Part shown: piece after piece, positions 1 through 15,000 of the stretch
Layout of the letters: every line of letters begins with the position of its first letter
How positions within the stretch are numbered: position 1 is the stretch's first letter
From: Eledone cirrhosa
Taxonomy: Eukaryota
DNA: 64,000 bases
Assembly: GCA_964016885.1 (NCBI GenBank)
Contig: OZ024760.1
Coordinates: 27,590,001 to 27,654,000 of the forward strand
Direction of reading: 5' to 3'
Notes under the pieces: generated by a model
What the model was told of the DNA's origin: nothing
Databases searched by the model: none
What the model saw: the letters and a program-made list of their open reading frames with translations, nothing else
Made by a program: the position numbers and the translations under genes

Positions 1-3000
1 AGGAAACAATGTTTCCATTGGTCTTTCCATTACTGATACTATCTGTGGATTGTCAGATTTGACCAAGGAAACAATGTTTCCATTGGTCTTTCCATTACTG
101 ATACTATCTGTGGATTGTCAGATTTGACCAAGGAAACAATGTTTCCATTGGTCTTTCCATTACTGATACTATCTGTAGATTATCAGATCAGGCTAAGGAA
201 ACAATGTTTCCATTGGTCTTTCCATTACTGATACTATCTGTAGATTGTCAGATCTGGCCAAGGAAACAATGTTTCCATTGGTCTTTCCATTACTGATACT
301 ATCTGTAGATTGTCAGATCTGACCAGGGAAACAATGTTTCCATTGGTCTTTCCATTACTGATGCTATCTGTAGATTGTCAGATCTGACCAGGGAAACAAT
401 GTTTCCATTGGACTTTCCATTACTGATACTATCTGTAGATTGTCAGATCTGACCAAGGAAACAATGTTTCCATTGGACTTTCCATTACTGATACTATCTG
501 TAGATTGTCAGATCAGGCCATGGAAACAATGTTTCCATTGGACTTTCCATTACTGATACTATCTGTAGATTGTCAGATCTGACCAGGGAAACAATGTTTC
601 CATTGGTCTTTCCATTACTGATGCTATCTGTAGATTGTCAGATCTGACCAGGGAAACAATGTTTCCATTGGACTTTCCATTACTGATACTATCTGTAGAT
701 TGTCAGATCTGACCAAGGAAACAATGTTTCCATTGGACTTTCCATTACTGATACTATCTGTAGATTGTCAGATCTGACCAAGGAAACAATGTTTCCATTG
801 GTCTTTCCATTACTGATACTATCTGTAGATTGTCAGATCAGGCCATGGAAACAATGTTTCCATTGGTCTTTCCATTACTGATACTATCTGTAGATTGTCA
901 GATCTGACCAAGGAAACAATGTTTCCATTGGTCTTTCCATTACTGATACTATCTGTAGATTGTCAGATCTGACCAGGGAAACAATGTTTCCATTGGTCTT
1001 ACCATTACTGATACTATCTGTAGATTGTCAGATCTGACCAGGGAAACAATGTTTCCATTGGTCTTACCATTACTGATACTATCTGTAGATTGTCAGATCT
1101 GACCAAGGAAACAATGTTTCCATTGGTCTTTCCATTACTGATACTATCTGTAGATTGTCAGATCTGACCAGGGAAACAATGTTTCCATTGGTCTTTCCAT
1201 TACTGATGCTATCTGTAGATTGTCAGATCTGACCAAGGAAACAATGTTTCCATTGGTCTTTCCATTACTGATACTATCTGTAGATTGTCAGATCTGACCA
1301 GGGAAACAATGTTTCCATTGGTCTTTCCATTACTGATACTATCTGTAGATTGTCAGATCTGACCAAGGAAACAATATTTCCATTAGTCTTTCCATTACTG
1401 ATACTATCTGTAGATTGTCAGATCTGACCAGGGAAACAATGTTTCCATTGGTCTTTCCATTACTGATACTATCTGTAGATTGTCAGATCTGACCAGGGAA
1501 ACAATGTTTCCATTGGTCTTTCCATTACTGATACTATCTGTAGATTGTCAGATCTGACCAGGGAAACAATGTTTCCATTGGTCTTTCCATTACTGATACT
1601 ATCTGTAGATTGTCAGATCTGACCAAGGAAACAATATTTCCATTGGTCTTTCCATTACTGATACTATCTGTAGATTGTCAGATCTGACCAGGGAAACAAT
1701 GTTTCCATTGGTCTTTCCATTACTGATACTATCTGTAGATTGTCAGATCTGACCAAGGAAACAATATTTCCATTGGTCTTTCCATTACTGATACTAACTG
1801 TAGATTGTCAGATCTGACCAGGGAAACAATGTTTCCATTGGTCTTTCCATTACTGATACTATCTGTAGATTGTCAGATCTGACCAAGGAAACAATATTTC
1901 CATTGGTCTTTCCATTACTGATACTATCTGTAGATTGTCAGATCTGACCAGGGAAACAATGTTTCCATTGGTCTTTCCATTACTGATACTATCTGTAGAT
2001 TGTCAGATCTGACCAGGGAAACAATGTTTCCATTGGTCTTTCCATTACTGATACTATCTGTAGATTGTCAGATCTGACCAAGGAAACAATATTTCCATTG
2101 GTCTTTCCATTACTGATACTATCTGTAGATTGTCAGATCTGACCAGGGAAACAATGTTTCCATTGGTCTTTCCATTACTGATACTATCTGTAGATTGTCA
2201 GATCTGACCAAGGAAACAATATTTCCATTGGTCTTTCCATTACTGATACTATCTGTAGATTGTCAGATCTGACCAGGGAAACAATGTTTCCATTGGTCTT
2301 TCCATTACTGATACTATCTGTAGATTGTCAGATCTGACCAAGGAAACAATATTTCCATTGGTCTTTCCATTACTGATACTATCTGTAGATTGTCAGATCT
2401 GACCAGGGAAACAATGTTTCCATTGGTCTTTCCATTACTGATACTATCTGTAGATTGTCAGATCTGACCAGGGAAACAATGTTTCCATTGGTCTTTCCAT
2501 TACTGATACTATCTGTAGATTGTCAGATCTGACCAAGGAAACAATATTTCCATTGGTCTTTCCATTACTGATACTATCTGTAGATTGTCAGATCTGACCA
2601 GGGAAACAATGTTTCCATTGGTCTTTCCATTACTGATACTATCTGTAGATTGTCAGATCTGACCAAGGAAACAATATTTCCATTGGTCTTTCCATTACTG
2701 ATACTATCTGTAGATTGTCAGATCTGACCAGGGAAACAATGTTTCCATTGGTCTTTCCATTACTGATACTATCTGTAGATTGTCAGATCTGACCAGGGAA
2801 ACAATGTTTCCATTGGTCTTTCCATTACTGATACTATCTGTAGATTGTCAGATCTGACCAAGGAAACAATATTTCCATTGGTCTTTCCATTACTGATACT
2901 ATCTGTAGATTGTCAGATCTGACCAGGGAAACAATGTTTCCATTGGTCTTTCCATTACTGATACTATCTGTAGATTGTCAGATCTGACCAAGGAAACAAT

Positions 3001-6000
3001 ATTTCCATTGGTCTTTCCATTACTGATACTATCTGTAGATTGTCAGATCTGACCAGGGAAACAATGTTTCCATTGGTCTTTCCATTACTGATACTATCTG
3101 TAGATTGTCAGATCTGACCAAGGAAACAATGTTTCCATTGGTCTTTCCATTACTGATACTATCTGTAGATTGTCAGATCTGACCAAGGAGACAATGTTTC
3201 CATTGGTCTTTCCATTACTGATACTATCTGTGCATTGTCAGATTTGACCAAGGAAACCATGTTTCCATTGGTCTTTCCATTACTGATACTATCTGTGGAT
3301 TGTCAGATTTGACCAAGGAAACAATGTTTCCATTGGTCTTTCCATTACTGATACTATCTGTAGATTATCAGATCAGGCTAAGGAAACAATGTTTCCATTG
3401 GTCTTTCCATTACTGATACTATCTGTAGATTGTCAGATCTGGCCAAGGAAACAATGTTTCCATTGGTCTTTCCATTACTGATACTATCTGTAGATTGTCA
3501 GATCTGACCAGGGAAACAATGTTTCCATTGGTCTTTCCATTACTGATACTATCTGTAGATTGTCAGATCTGACCAAGGAAACAATATTTCCATTGGTCTT
3601 TCCATTACTGATAATATCTGTAGATTGTCAGATCTGACCAGGGAAACAATGTTTCCATTGGTCTTACCATTACTGATACTATCTGTAGATTGTCAGATCT
3701 GACCAGGGAAACAATGTTTCCATTGGTCTTACCATTACTGATACTATCTGTAGATTGTCAGATCTGACCAAGGAAACAATGTTTCCATTGGTCTTTCCAT
3801 TACTGATACTATCTGTAGATTGTCAGATCTGACCAGGGAAACAATGTTTCCATTGGTCTTTCCATTACTGATGCTATCTGTAGATTGTCAGATCTGACCA
3901 AGGAAACAATGTTTCCATTGGTCTTTCCATTACTGATACTATCTGTAGATTGTCAGATCTGACCAGGGAAACAATGTTTCCATTGGTCTTTCCATTACTG
4001 ATACTATCTGTAGATTGTCAGATCTGACCAAGGAAACAATATTTCCATTAGTCTTTCCATTACTGATACTATCTGTAGATTGTCAGATCTGACCAGGGAA
4101 ACAATGTTTCCATTGGTCTTTCCATTACTGATACTATCTGTAGATTGTCAGATCTGACCAGGGAAACAATGTTTCCATTGGTCTTTCCATTACTGATACT
4201 ATCTGTAGATTGTCAGATCTGACCAGGGAAACAATGTTTCCATTGGTCTTTCCATTACTGATACTATCTGTAGATTGTCAGATCTGACCAAGGAAACAAT
4301 ATTTCCATTGGTCTTTCCATTACTGATACTATCTGTAGATTGTCAGATCTGACCAGGGAAACAATGTTTCCATTGGTCTTTCCATTACTGATACTATCTG
4401 TAGATTGTCAGATCTGACCAAGGAAACAATATTTCCATTGGTCTTTCCATTACTGATACTAACTGTAGATTGTCAGATCTGACCAGGGAAACAATGTTTC
4501 CATTGGTCTTTCCATTACTGATACTATCTGTAGATTGTCAGATCTGACCAAGGAAACAATATTTCCATTGGTCTTTCCATTACTGATACTATCTGTAGAT
4601 TGTCAGATCTGACCAGGGAAACAATGTTTCCATTGGTCTTTCCATTACTGATACTATCTGTAGATTGTCAGATCTGACCAGGGAAACAATGTTTCCATTG
4701 GTCTTTCCATTACTGATACTATCTGTAGATTGTCAGATCTGACCAAGGAAACAATATTTCCATTGGTCTTTCCATTACTGATACTATCTGTAGATTGTCA
4801 GATCTGACCAAGGAAACAATATTTCCATTGGTCTTTCCATTACTGATACTATCTGTAGATTGTCAGATCTGACCAAGGAAACAATGTTTCCATTGGTCTT
4901 TCCATTACTGATACTATCTGTAGATTGTCAGATCTGACCAAGGAAACAATATTTCCATTGGTCTTTCCATTACTGATACTATCTGTAGATTGTCAGATCT
5001 GACCAGGGAAACAATGTTTCCATTGGTCTTTCCATTACTGATACTATCTGTAGATTGTCAGATCTGACCAAGGAAACAATATTTCCATTGGTCTTTCCAT
5101 TACTGATACTATCTGTAGATTGTCAGATCTGACCAGGGAAACAATGTTTCCATTGGTCTTTCCATTACTGATACTATCTGTAGATTGTCAGATCTGACCA
5201 GGGAAACAATGTTTCCATTGGTCTTTCCATTACTGATACTATCTGTAGATTGTCAGATCTGACCAAGGAGACAATGTTTCCATTGGTCTTTCCATTACTG
5301 ATACTATCTGTAGATTGTCAGATCTGACCAGGGAAACAATGTTTCCATTGGTCTTTCCATTACTGATACTATCTGTAGATTGTCAGATCTGACCAGGGAA
5401 ACAATGTTTCCATTGGTCTTTCCATTACTGATACTATCTGTAGATTGTCAGATCTGACCAGGGAAACAATGTTTCCATTGGTCTTTCCATTACTGATACT
5501 ATCTGTAGATTGTCAGATCTGACCAAGGAGACAATGTTTCCATTGGTCTTTCCATTACTGATACTATCTGTGGATTGTCAGATTTGACCAAGGAAACAAT
5601 GTTTCCATTGGTCTTTCCATTACTGATACTATCTGTGGATTGTCAGATTTGACCAAGGAAACAATGTTTCCATTGGTCTTTCCATTACTGATACTATCTG
5701 TGTATTGTCAGATTTGACCAAGGAAACAATGTTTCCATTGGTCTTTCCATTACTGATACTATCTGTAGATTATCAGATCAGGCTAAGGAAACAATGTTTC
5801 CATTGGTCTTTCCATTACTGATACTATCTGTAGATTGTCAGATCTGGCCAAGGAAACAATGTTTCCATTGGTCTTTCCATTACTGATACTATCTGTAGAT
5901 TGTCAGATCTGACCAGGGAAACAATGTTTCCATTGGTCTTTCCATTACTGATACTATCTGTAGATTGTCAGATCTGACCAAGGAAACAATATTTCCATTG

Positions 6001-9000
6001 GTCTTTCCATTACTGATACTATCTGTAGATTGTCAGATCTGACCAGGGAAACAATGTTTCCATTGGTCTTACCATTACTGATACTATCTGTAGATTGTCA
6101 GATCTGACCAGGGAAACAATGTTTCCATTGGTCTTACCATTACTGATACTATCTGTAGATTGTCAGATCTGACCAAGGAAACAATGTTTCCATTGGTCTT
6201 TCCATTACTGATACTATCTGTAGATTGTCAGATCTGACCAGGGAAACAATGTTTCCATTGGTCTTTCCATTACTGATGCTATCTGTAGATTGTCAGATCT
6301 GACCAAGGAAACAATGTTTCCATTGGTCTTTCCATTACTGATACTATCTGTAGATTGTCAGATCTGACCAGGGAAACAATGTTTCCATTGGTCTTTCCAT
6401 TACTGATACTATCTGTAGATTGTCAGATCTGACCAAGGAAACAATATTTCCATTAGTCTTTCCATTACTGATACTATCTGTAGATTGTCAGATCTGACCA
6501 GGGAAACAATGTTTCCATTGGTCTTTCCATTACTGATACTATCTGTAGATTGTCAGATCTGACCAGGGAAACAATGTTTCCATTGGTCTTTCCATTACTG
6601 ATACTATCTGTAGATTGTCAGATCTGACCAGGGAAACAATGTTTCCATTGGTCTTTCCATTACTGATACTATCTGTAGATTGTCAGATCTGACCAAGGAA
6701 ACAATATTTCCATTGGTCTTTCCATTACTGATACTATCTGTAGATTGTCAGATCTGACCAGGGAAACAATGTTTCCATTGGTCTTTCCATTACTGATACT
6801 ATCTGTAGATTGTCAGATCTGACCAAGGAAACAATATTTCCATTGGTCTTTCCATTACTGATACTAACTGTAGATTGTCAGATCTGACCAGGGAAACAAT
6901 GTTTCCATTGGTCTTTCCATTACTGATACTATCTGTAGATTGTCAGATCTGACCAAGGAAACAATATTTCCATTGGTCTTTCCATTACTGATACTATCTG
7001 TAGATTGTCAGATCTGACCAGGGAAACAATGTTTCCATTGGTCTTTCCATTACTGATACTATCTGTAGATTGTCAGATCTGACCAGGGAAACAATGTTTC
7101 CATTGGTCTTTCCATTACTGATACTATCTGTAGATTGTCAGATCTGACCAAGGAAACAATATTTCCATTGGTCTTTCCATTACTGATACTATCTGTAGAT
7201 TGTCAGATCTGACCAGGGAAACAATGTTTCCATTGGTCTTTCCATTACTGATACTATCTGTAGATTGTCAGATCTGACCAAGGAAACAATATTTCCATTG
7301 GTCTTTCCATTACTGATACTATCTGTAGATTGTCAGATCTGACCAGGGAAACAATGTTTCCATTGGTCTTTCCATTACTGATACTATCTGTAGATTGTCA
7401 GATCTGACCAAGGAAACAATATTTCCATTGGTCTTTCCATTACTGATACTATCTGTAGATTGTCAGATCTGACCAGGGAAACAATGTTTCCATTGGTCTT
7501 TCCATTACTGATACTATCTGTAGATTGTCAGATCTGACCAGGGAAACAATGTTTCCATTGGTCTTTCCATTACTGATACTATCTGTAGATTGTCAGATCT
7601 GACCAAGGAAACAATATTTCCATTGGTCTTTCCATTACTGATACTATCTGTAGATTGTCAGATCTGACCAGGGAAACAATGTTTCCATTGGTCTTTCCAT
7701 TACTGATACTATCTGTAGATTGTCAGATCTGACCAAGGAAACAATATTTCCATTGGTCTTTCCATTACTGATACTATCTGTAGATTGTCAGATCTGACCA
7801 GGGAAACAATGTTTCCATTGGTCTTTCCATTACTGATACTATCTGTAGATTGTCAGATCTGACCAGGGAAACAATGTTTCCATTGGTCTTTCCATTACTG
7901 ATACTATCTGTAGATTGTCAGATCTGACCAAGGAAACAATATTTCCATTGGTCTTTCCATTACTGATACTATCTGTAGATTGTCAGATCTGACCAGGGAA
8001 ACAATGTTTCCATTGGTCTTTCCATTACTGATACTATCTGTAGATTGTCAGATCTGACCAAGGAAACAATATTTCCATTGGTCTTTCCATTACTGATACT
8101 ATCTGTAGATTGTCAGATCTGACCAGGGAAACAATGTTTCCATTGGTCTTTCCATTACTGATACTATCTGTAGATTGTCAGATCTGACCAGGGAAACAAT
8201 CTTTCCATTGGTCTTTCCATTACTGATACTATCTGTAGATTGTCAGATCTGACCAGGGAAACAATGTTTCCATTGGTCTTTCCATTACTGATACTATCTG
8301 TAGATTGTCAGATCTGACCAAGGAAACAATATTTCCATTGGTCTTTCCATTACTGATACTATCTGTAGATTGTCAGATCTGACCAAGGAAACAATGTTTC
8401 CATTGGTCTTTCCATTACTGATACTATCTGTAGATTGTCAGATCTGACCAGGGAAACAATGTTTCCATTGGTCTTTCCATTACTGATACTATCTGTAGAT
8501 TGTCAGATCTGACCAAGGAAACAATATTTCCATTGGTCTTTCCATTACTGATACTATCTGTAGATTGTCAGATCTGACCAAGGAAACAATGTTTCCATTG
8601 GTCTTTCCATTACTGATACTATCTGTAGATTGTCAGATCTGACCAGGGAAACAATGTTTCCATTGGTCTTTCCATTACTGATACTATCTGTAGATTGTCA
8701 GATCTGACCAGGGAAACAATGTTTCCATTGGTCTTTCCATTACTGATACTATCTGTAGATTGTCAGATCTGACCAGGGAAACAATGTTTCCATTGGTCTT
8801 TCCATTACTGATACTATCTGTAGATTGTCAGATCTGACCAGGGAAACAATGTTTCCATTGGTCTTTCCATTACTGATACTATCTGTAGATTGTCAGATCT
8901 GATCAAGGAAACAATGTTTCCATTGGTCTTTCCATTACTGATACTATCTGTAGATTGTCAGATCTGACCAGGGAAACAATGTTTCCATTGGTCTTTCCAT

Positions 9001-12000
9001 TACTGATACTATCTGTAGATTGTCAGATTTGACCAAGGAAACAATGTTTCCATTGGTCTTTCCATTACTGATACTATCTGTAGATTGTCAGATCTGACCA
9101 AGGAAACAATGTTTCCATTGGTTTTTCCATTACTGATACTATCTGTAGATTGTCAGATCTGACCAAGGAAACAATGTTTCCATTGGTTTTTCCATTACTG
9201 ATACTATCTGTAGATTGTCAGATCTGACCAAGGAAACAATGTTTCCATTGGTTTTTCCATTACTGATACTATCTGTAGATTGTCAGATCTGACCAAGGAA
9301 ACAATGTTTCCATTGGTCTTTCCATTACTGATACTATCTGTAGATTGTCAGATCTGACCAAGGAAACAATGTTTCCATTGGTTTTTCCATTACTGATACT
9401 ATCTGTAGATTGTCAGATCTGACCAAGGAAACAATGTTTCCATTGGTTTTTCCATTACTGATACTATCTGTAGATTGTCAGATCTGACCAAGGAAACAAT
9501 GTTTCCATTGGTTTTTCCATTACTGATACTATCTGTAGATTGTCAGATCTGACCAGGGAAACAATGTTTCCATTGGTCTTTCCATTACTGATACTATCTG
9601 TAGATTGTCAGATTTGACCAAGGAAACAATGTTTCCATTGGTCTTTCCATTACTGATACTATCTGTAGATTGTCAGATCTGACCAAGGAAACAATGTTTC
9701 CATTGGTTTTTCCATTACTGATACTATCTGTAGATTGTCAGATCTGACCAAGGAAACAATGTTTCCATTGGTTTTTCCATTACTGATACTATCTGTAGAT
9801 TGTCAGATCTGACCAAGGAAACAATGTTTCCATTGGTTTTTCCATTACTGATACTATCTGTAGATTGTCAGATCTGACCAAGGAAACAATGTTTCCATTG
9901 GTTTTTCCATTACTGATACTATCTGTAGATTGTCAGATCTGACCAAGGAAACAATGTTTCCATTGGTTTTTCCATTACTGATACTATCTGTAGTTTGTCA
10001 GATCTGACCAAGGAAACAATGTTTCCATTGGTCTTTCCATTACTGATACTATCTGTAGATTGTCAGATCTGACCAAGGAAACAATGTTTCCATTGGTTTT
10101 TCCATTACTGATACTATCTGTAGATTGTCAGATCTGACCAAGAAAACAATGTTTCCATTGGTCTTTCCATTACTGATACTATCTGTAGATTGTCAGATCT
10201 GACCAAGGAAACAATGTTTCCATTGGTTTTTCCATTACTGATACTATCTGTAGATTGTCAGATCTGACCAAGGAAACAATGTTTCCATTGGTCTTTCCAT
10301 TACTGATACTATCTGTAGATTGTCAGATCTGACCAAGGAAACAATGTTTCCATTGGTTTTTCCATTACTGATACTATCTGTAGATTGTCAGATCTGACCA
10401 AGGAAACAATGTTTCCATTGGTTTTTCCATTACTGATACTATCTGTAGATTGTCAGATCTGACCAAGGAAACAATGTTTCCATTGGTCTTTCCATTACTG
10501 ATACTATCTGTAGATTGTCAGATCTGACCAAGGAAACAATGTTTCCATTGGTTTTTCCATTACTGATACTATCTGTAGATTGTCAGATCTGACCAAGGAA
10601 ACAATGTTTCCATTGGTCTTTCCATTACTGATACTATCTGTAGATTGTCAGATCTGACCAAGGAAACAATGTTTCCATTGGTTTTTCCATTACTGATACT
10701 ATCTGTAGATTGTCAGATCTGACCAAGGAAACAATGTTTCCATTGGTCTTTCCATTACTGATACTATCTGTAGATTGTCAGATCAGGCCTAAGGAAACAA
10801 TGTTTCCATTGGTCTTTCCATTACTGATACTATCTGTAGATTGTCAGATCTGACCAAGGAAACAATATTTCCATTGGTCTTTCCATTACTGATACTATCT
10901 GTAGATTGTCAGATCTGACCAAGGAAACAATGTTTCCATTGGTCTTTCCATTACTGATACTATCTGTAGATTGTCAGATCTGACCAGGGAAACAATGTTT
11001 CCATTGGTCTTTCCATTACTGATACTATCTGTAGATTGTCAGATCAGGCTAAGGAAACAATGTTTCCATTGATCTTTCCATTACTGATACTATCTGTAGA
11101 TTGTCAGATCTGACCAAGGAAACAATGTTTCCATTGGTCTTTCCATTACTGATACTATCTGTAGATTGTCAGATCTGACCAAGGAAACAATGTTTCCATT
11201 GGTTTTTCCATTACTGATACTATCTGTAGATTGTCAGATCTGACCAAGGAAACAATGTTTCCATTGGTTTTTCCATTACTGATACTATCTGTAGATTGTC
11301 AGATCTGACCAAGGAAACAATGTTTCCATTGGTCTTTCCATTACTGATACTATCTGTAGATTGTCAGATCTGACCAAGGAAACAATGTTTCCATTGGTTT
11401 TTCCATTACTGATACTATCTGTAGATTGTCATATCTGACCAAGGAAACAATGTTTCCATTGGTTTTTCCATTACTGATACTATCTGTAGATTGTCAGATC
11501 TGACCAAGGAAACAATGTTTCCATTGGTCTTTCCATTACTGATACTATCTGTAGATTGTCAGATCTGACCAAGGAAACAATGTTTCCATTGGTTTTTCCA
11601 TTACTGATACTATCTGTAGATTGTCAGATCTGACCAAGGAAACAATGTTTCCATTGGTTTTTCCATTACTGATACTATCTGTAGATTGTCAGATCTGACC
11701 AAGGAAACAATGTTTCCATTGGTGTTTCCATTACTGATACTATCTGTAGATTGTCAGATCTGACCAAGGAAACAATGTTTCCATTGGTTTTTCCATTACT
11801 GATACTATCTGTAGATTGTCAGATCTGACCAAGGAAACAATGTTTCCATTGGTTTTTCCATTACTGATACTATCTGTAGATTGTCAGATCTGACCAAGGA
11901 AACAATGTTTCCATTGGTCTTTCCATTACTGATACTATCTGTAGATTGTCAGATCAGGCTAAGGAAACAATGTTTCCATTGGTCTTTCCATTACTGATAC

Positions 12001-15000
12001 TATCTGTAGATTGTCAGATCTGACCAAGGAAACAATGTTTCCATTGGTCTTTCCATTACTGATACTATCTGTAGATTGTCAGATCTGACCAAGGAAACAA
12101 TGTTTCCATTGGTTTTTCCATTACTGATACTATCTGTAGATTGTCAGATCTGACCAAGGAAACAATGTTTCCATTGGTTTTTCCATTACTGATACTATCT
12201 GTAGATTGTCAGATCTGACCAAGGAAACAATGTTTCCATTGGTTTTTCCATTACTGATACTATCTGTAGATTGTCAGATCTGACCAAGGAAACAATGTTT
12301 CCATTGGTTTTTTCCATTACTGATACTATCTGTAGATTGTCAGATCTGACCAAGGAAACAATGTTTCCATTGGTCTTTCCATTACTGATACTATCTGTAG
12401 ATTGTCAGATCTGACCAAGGAAACAATGTTTCCATTGGTTTTTCCATTACTGATACTATCTGTAGATTGTCAGATCTGACCAAGGAAACAATGTTTCCAT
12501 TGGTCTTTCCATTACTGATACTATCTGTAGATTGTCAGATCAGGCCAAGGAAACAATGTTTCCATTGGTCTTTCCATTACTGATACTATCTGTAGATTGT
12601 CAGATCTGACCAAGGAAACAATGTTTCCATTGGTCTTTCCATTACTGATACTATCTGTAGATTGTCAGATCTGACCAAGGAAACAATGTTTCCATTGGTC
12701 TTTCCATTACTGATACTATCTGTAGATTGTCAGATCTGACCAAGGAAACAATGTTTCCATTGGTCTTTCCATTACTGATACTATCTGTAGATTGTCAGAT
12801 CTGACCAAGGAAACAATGTTTCCATTGGTTTTTCCATTACTGATACTATCTGTAGATTGTCAGATCTGACCAAGGAAACAATGTTTCCATTGGTCTTTCC
12901 ATTACTGATACTATCTGTAGATTGTCAGATCAGGCTAAGGAAACAATGTTTCCATTGGTCTTTCCATTACTGATACTATCTGTAGATTGTCAGATCTGAC
13001 CAAGGAAACAATGTTTCCATTGGTCTTTCCATTACTGATACTATTTGTAGATTGTCAGATCAGGCCAAGGAAACAATGTTTCCATTGGTCTTTCCATTAC
13101 TGATACTATCTGTAGATTGTCAGATCTGACCAAGGAAACAATGTTTCCATTGGTCTTTCCATTACTGATACTATCTGTAGATTGTCAGATCAGGCCAAGG
13201 AAACAATGTTTCCATTGGTCTTTCCATTACTGATACTATCTGTAGATTGTCAGATCTGACCAAGGAAACAATGTTTCCATTGGTCTTTCCATTACTGATA
13301 CTATCTGTAGATTGTCAGATCAGGCCAAGGAAACAATGTTTCCATTGGTCTTTCCATTACTGATACTATCTGTAGATTGTCAGATCAGACCAAGGAAACA
13401 ATGTTTCCATTGGTCTTTCCATTACTGATACTATCTGTAGATTGTCAGATCAGGCCAAGGAAACAATGTTTCCATTGGTCTTTCCATTACTGATACTATC
13501 TGTAGATTGTCAGATCTGACCAAGGAAACAATGTTTCCATTGGTCTTTCCATTACTGATACTATCTGTAGATTGTCAGATCTGACCAAGGAAACAATGTT
13601 TCCATTGGTTTTTCCATTACTGATACTATCTGTAGATTGTCAGATCTGACCAAGGAAACAATGTTTCCATTGGTCTTTCCATTACTGATACTATCTGTAG
13701 ATTGTCAGATCTGACCAAGGAAACGATGTTTCCATTGGTCTTTCCATTACTGATACTATCTGTAGATTGTCAGATCAGGCTAAGGAAACAATGTTTCCAT
13801 TGGTCTTTCCATTACTGATACTATCTGTAGATTGTCAGATCTGACCAAGGAAACAATGTTTCCATTGGTCTTTCCATTACTGATACTATCTGTAGATTGT
13901 CAGATCAGACCAAGGAAACAATGTTTCCATTGGTCTTTCCATTACTGATACTATCTGTAGATTGTCAGATCAGACCAAGGAAACAATGTTTCCATTGGTC
14001 TTTCCATTACTGATACTATCTGTAGATTGTCAGATCAGACCAAGGAAACAATGTTTCCATTGGTCTTTCCATTACTGATACTATCTGTAGATTGTCAGAT
14101 CTGACCAAGGAAACAATGTTTCCATTGGTCTTTCCATTACTGATACTATCTGTAGATTGTCAGATCAGACCAAGGAAACAATGTTTCCATTGGTCTTTCC
14201 ATTACTGATACTATCTGTAGATTGTCAGATCTGACCAAGGAAACAATGTTTCCATTGGTCTTTCCATTACTGATACTATCTGTAGATTGTCAGATCAGAC
14301 CAAGGAAACAATGTTTCCATTGGTCTTTCCATTACTGATACTATCTGTAGATTGTCAGATCTGACCAAGGAAACGATGTTTCCATTGGTCTTTCCATTAC
14401 TGATACTATCTGTAGATTGTCAGATCAGGCTAAGGAAACAATGTTTCCATTGGTCTTTCCATTACTGATACTATCTGTAGATTGTCAGATCAGGCCAAGG
14501 AAACAATGTTTCCATTGGTCTTTCCATTACTGATACTATCTGTAGATTGTCAGATCAGACCAAGGAAACAATATTTCCATTGGTCTTTCCATTACTGATA
14601 CTATCTGTAGATTGTCAGATCAGACCAAGGAAACAATGTTTCCATTGGTCTTTCCATTACTGATACTATCTGTAGATTGTCAGATCAGACCAAGGAAACA
14701 ATGTTTCCATTGGTCTTTCCATTACTGATACTATCTGTAGATTGTCAGATCAGACCAAGGAAACAATGTTTCCATTGGTCTTTCCATTACTGATACTATC
14801 TGTAGATTGTCAGATCTGACCAAGGAAACAATGTTTCCATTGGTCTTTCCATTACTGATACTATCTGTAGATTGTCAGATCAGACCAAGGAAACAATGTT
14901 TCCATTGGTCTTTCCATTACTGATACTATCTGTAGATTGTCAGATCTGACCAAGGAAACAATGTTTCCATTGGTCTTTCCATTACTGATACTATCTGTAG

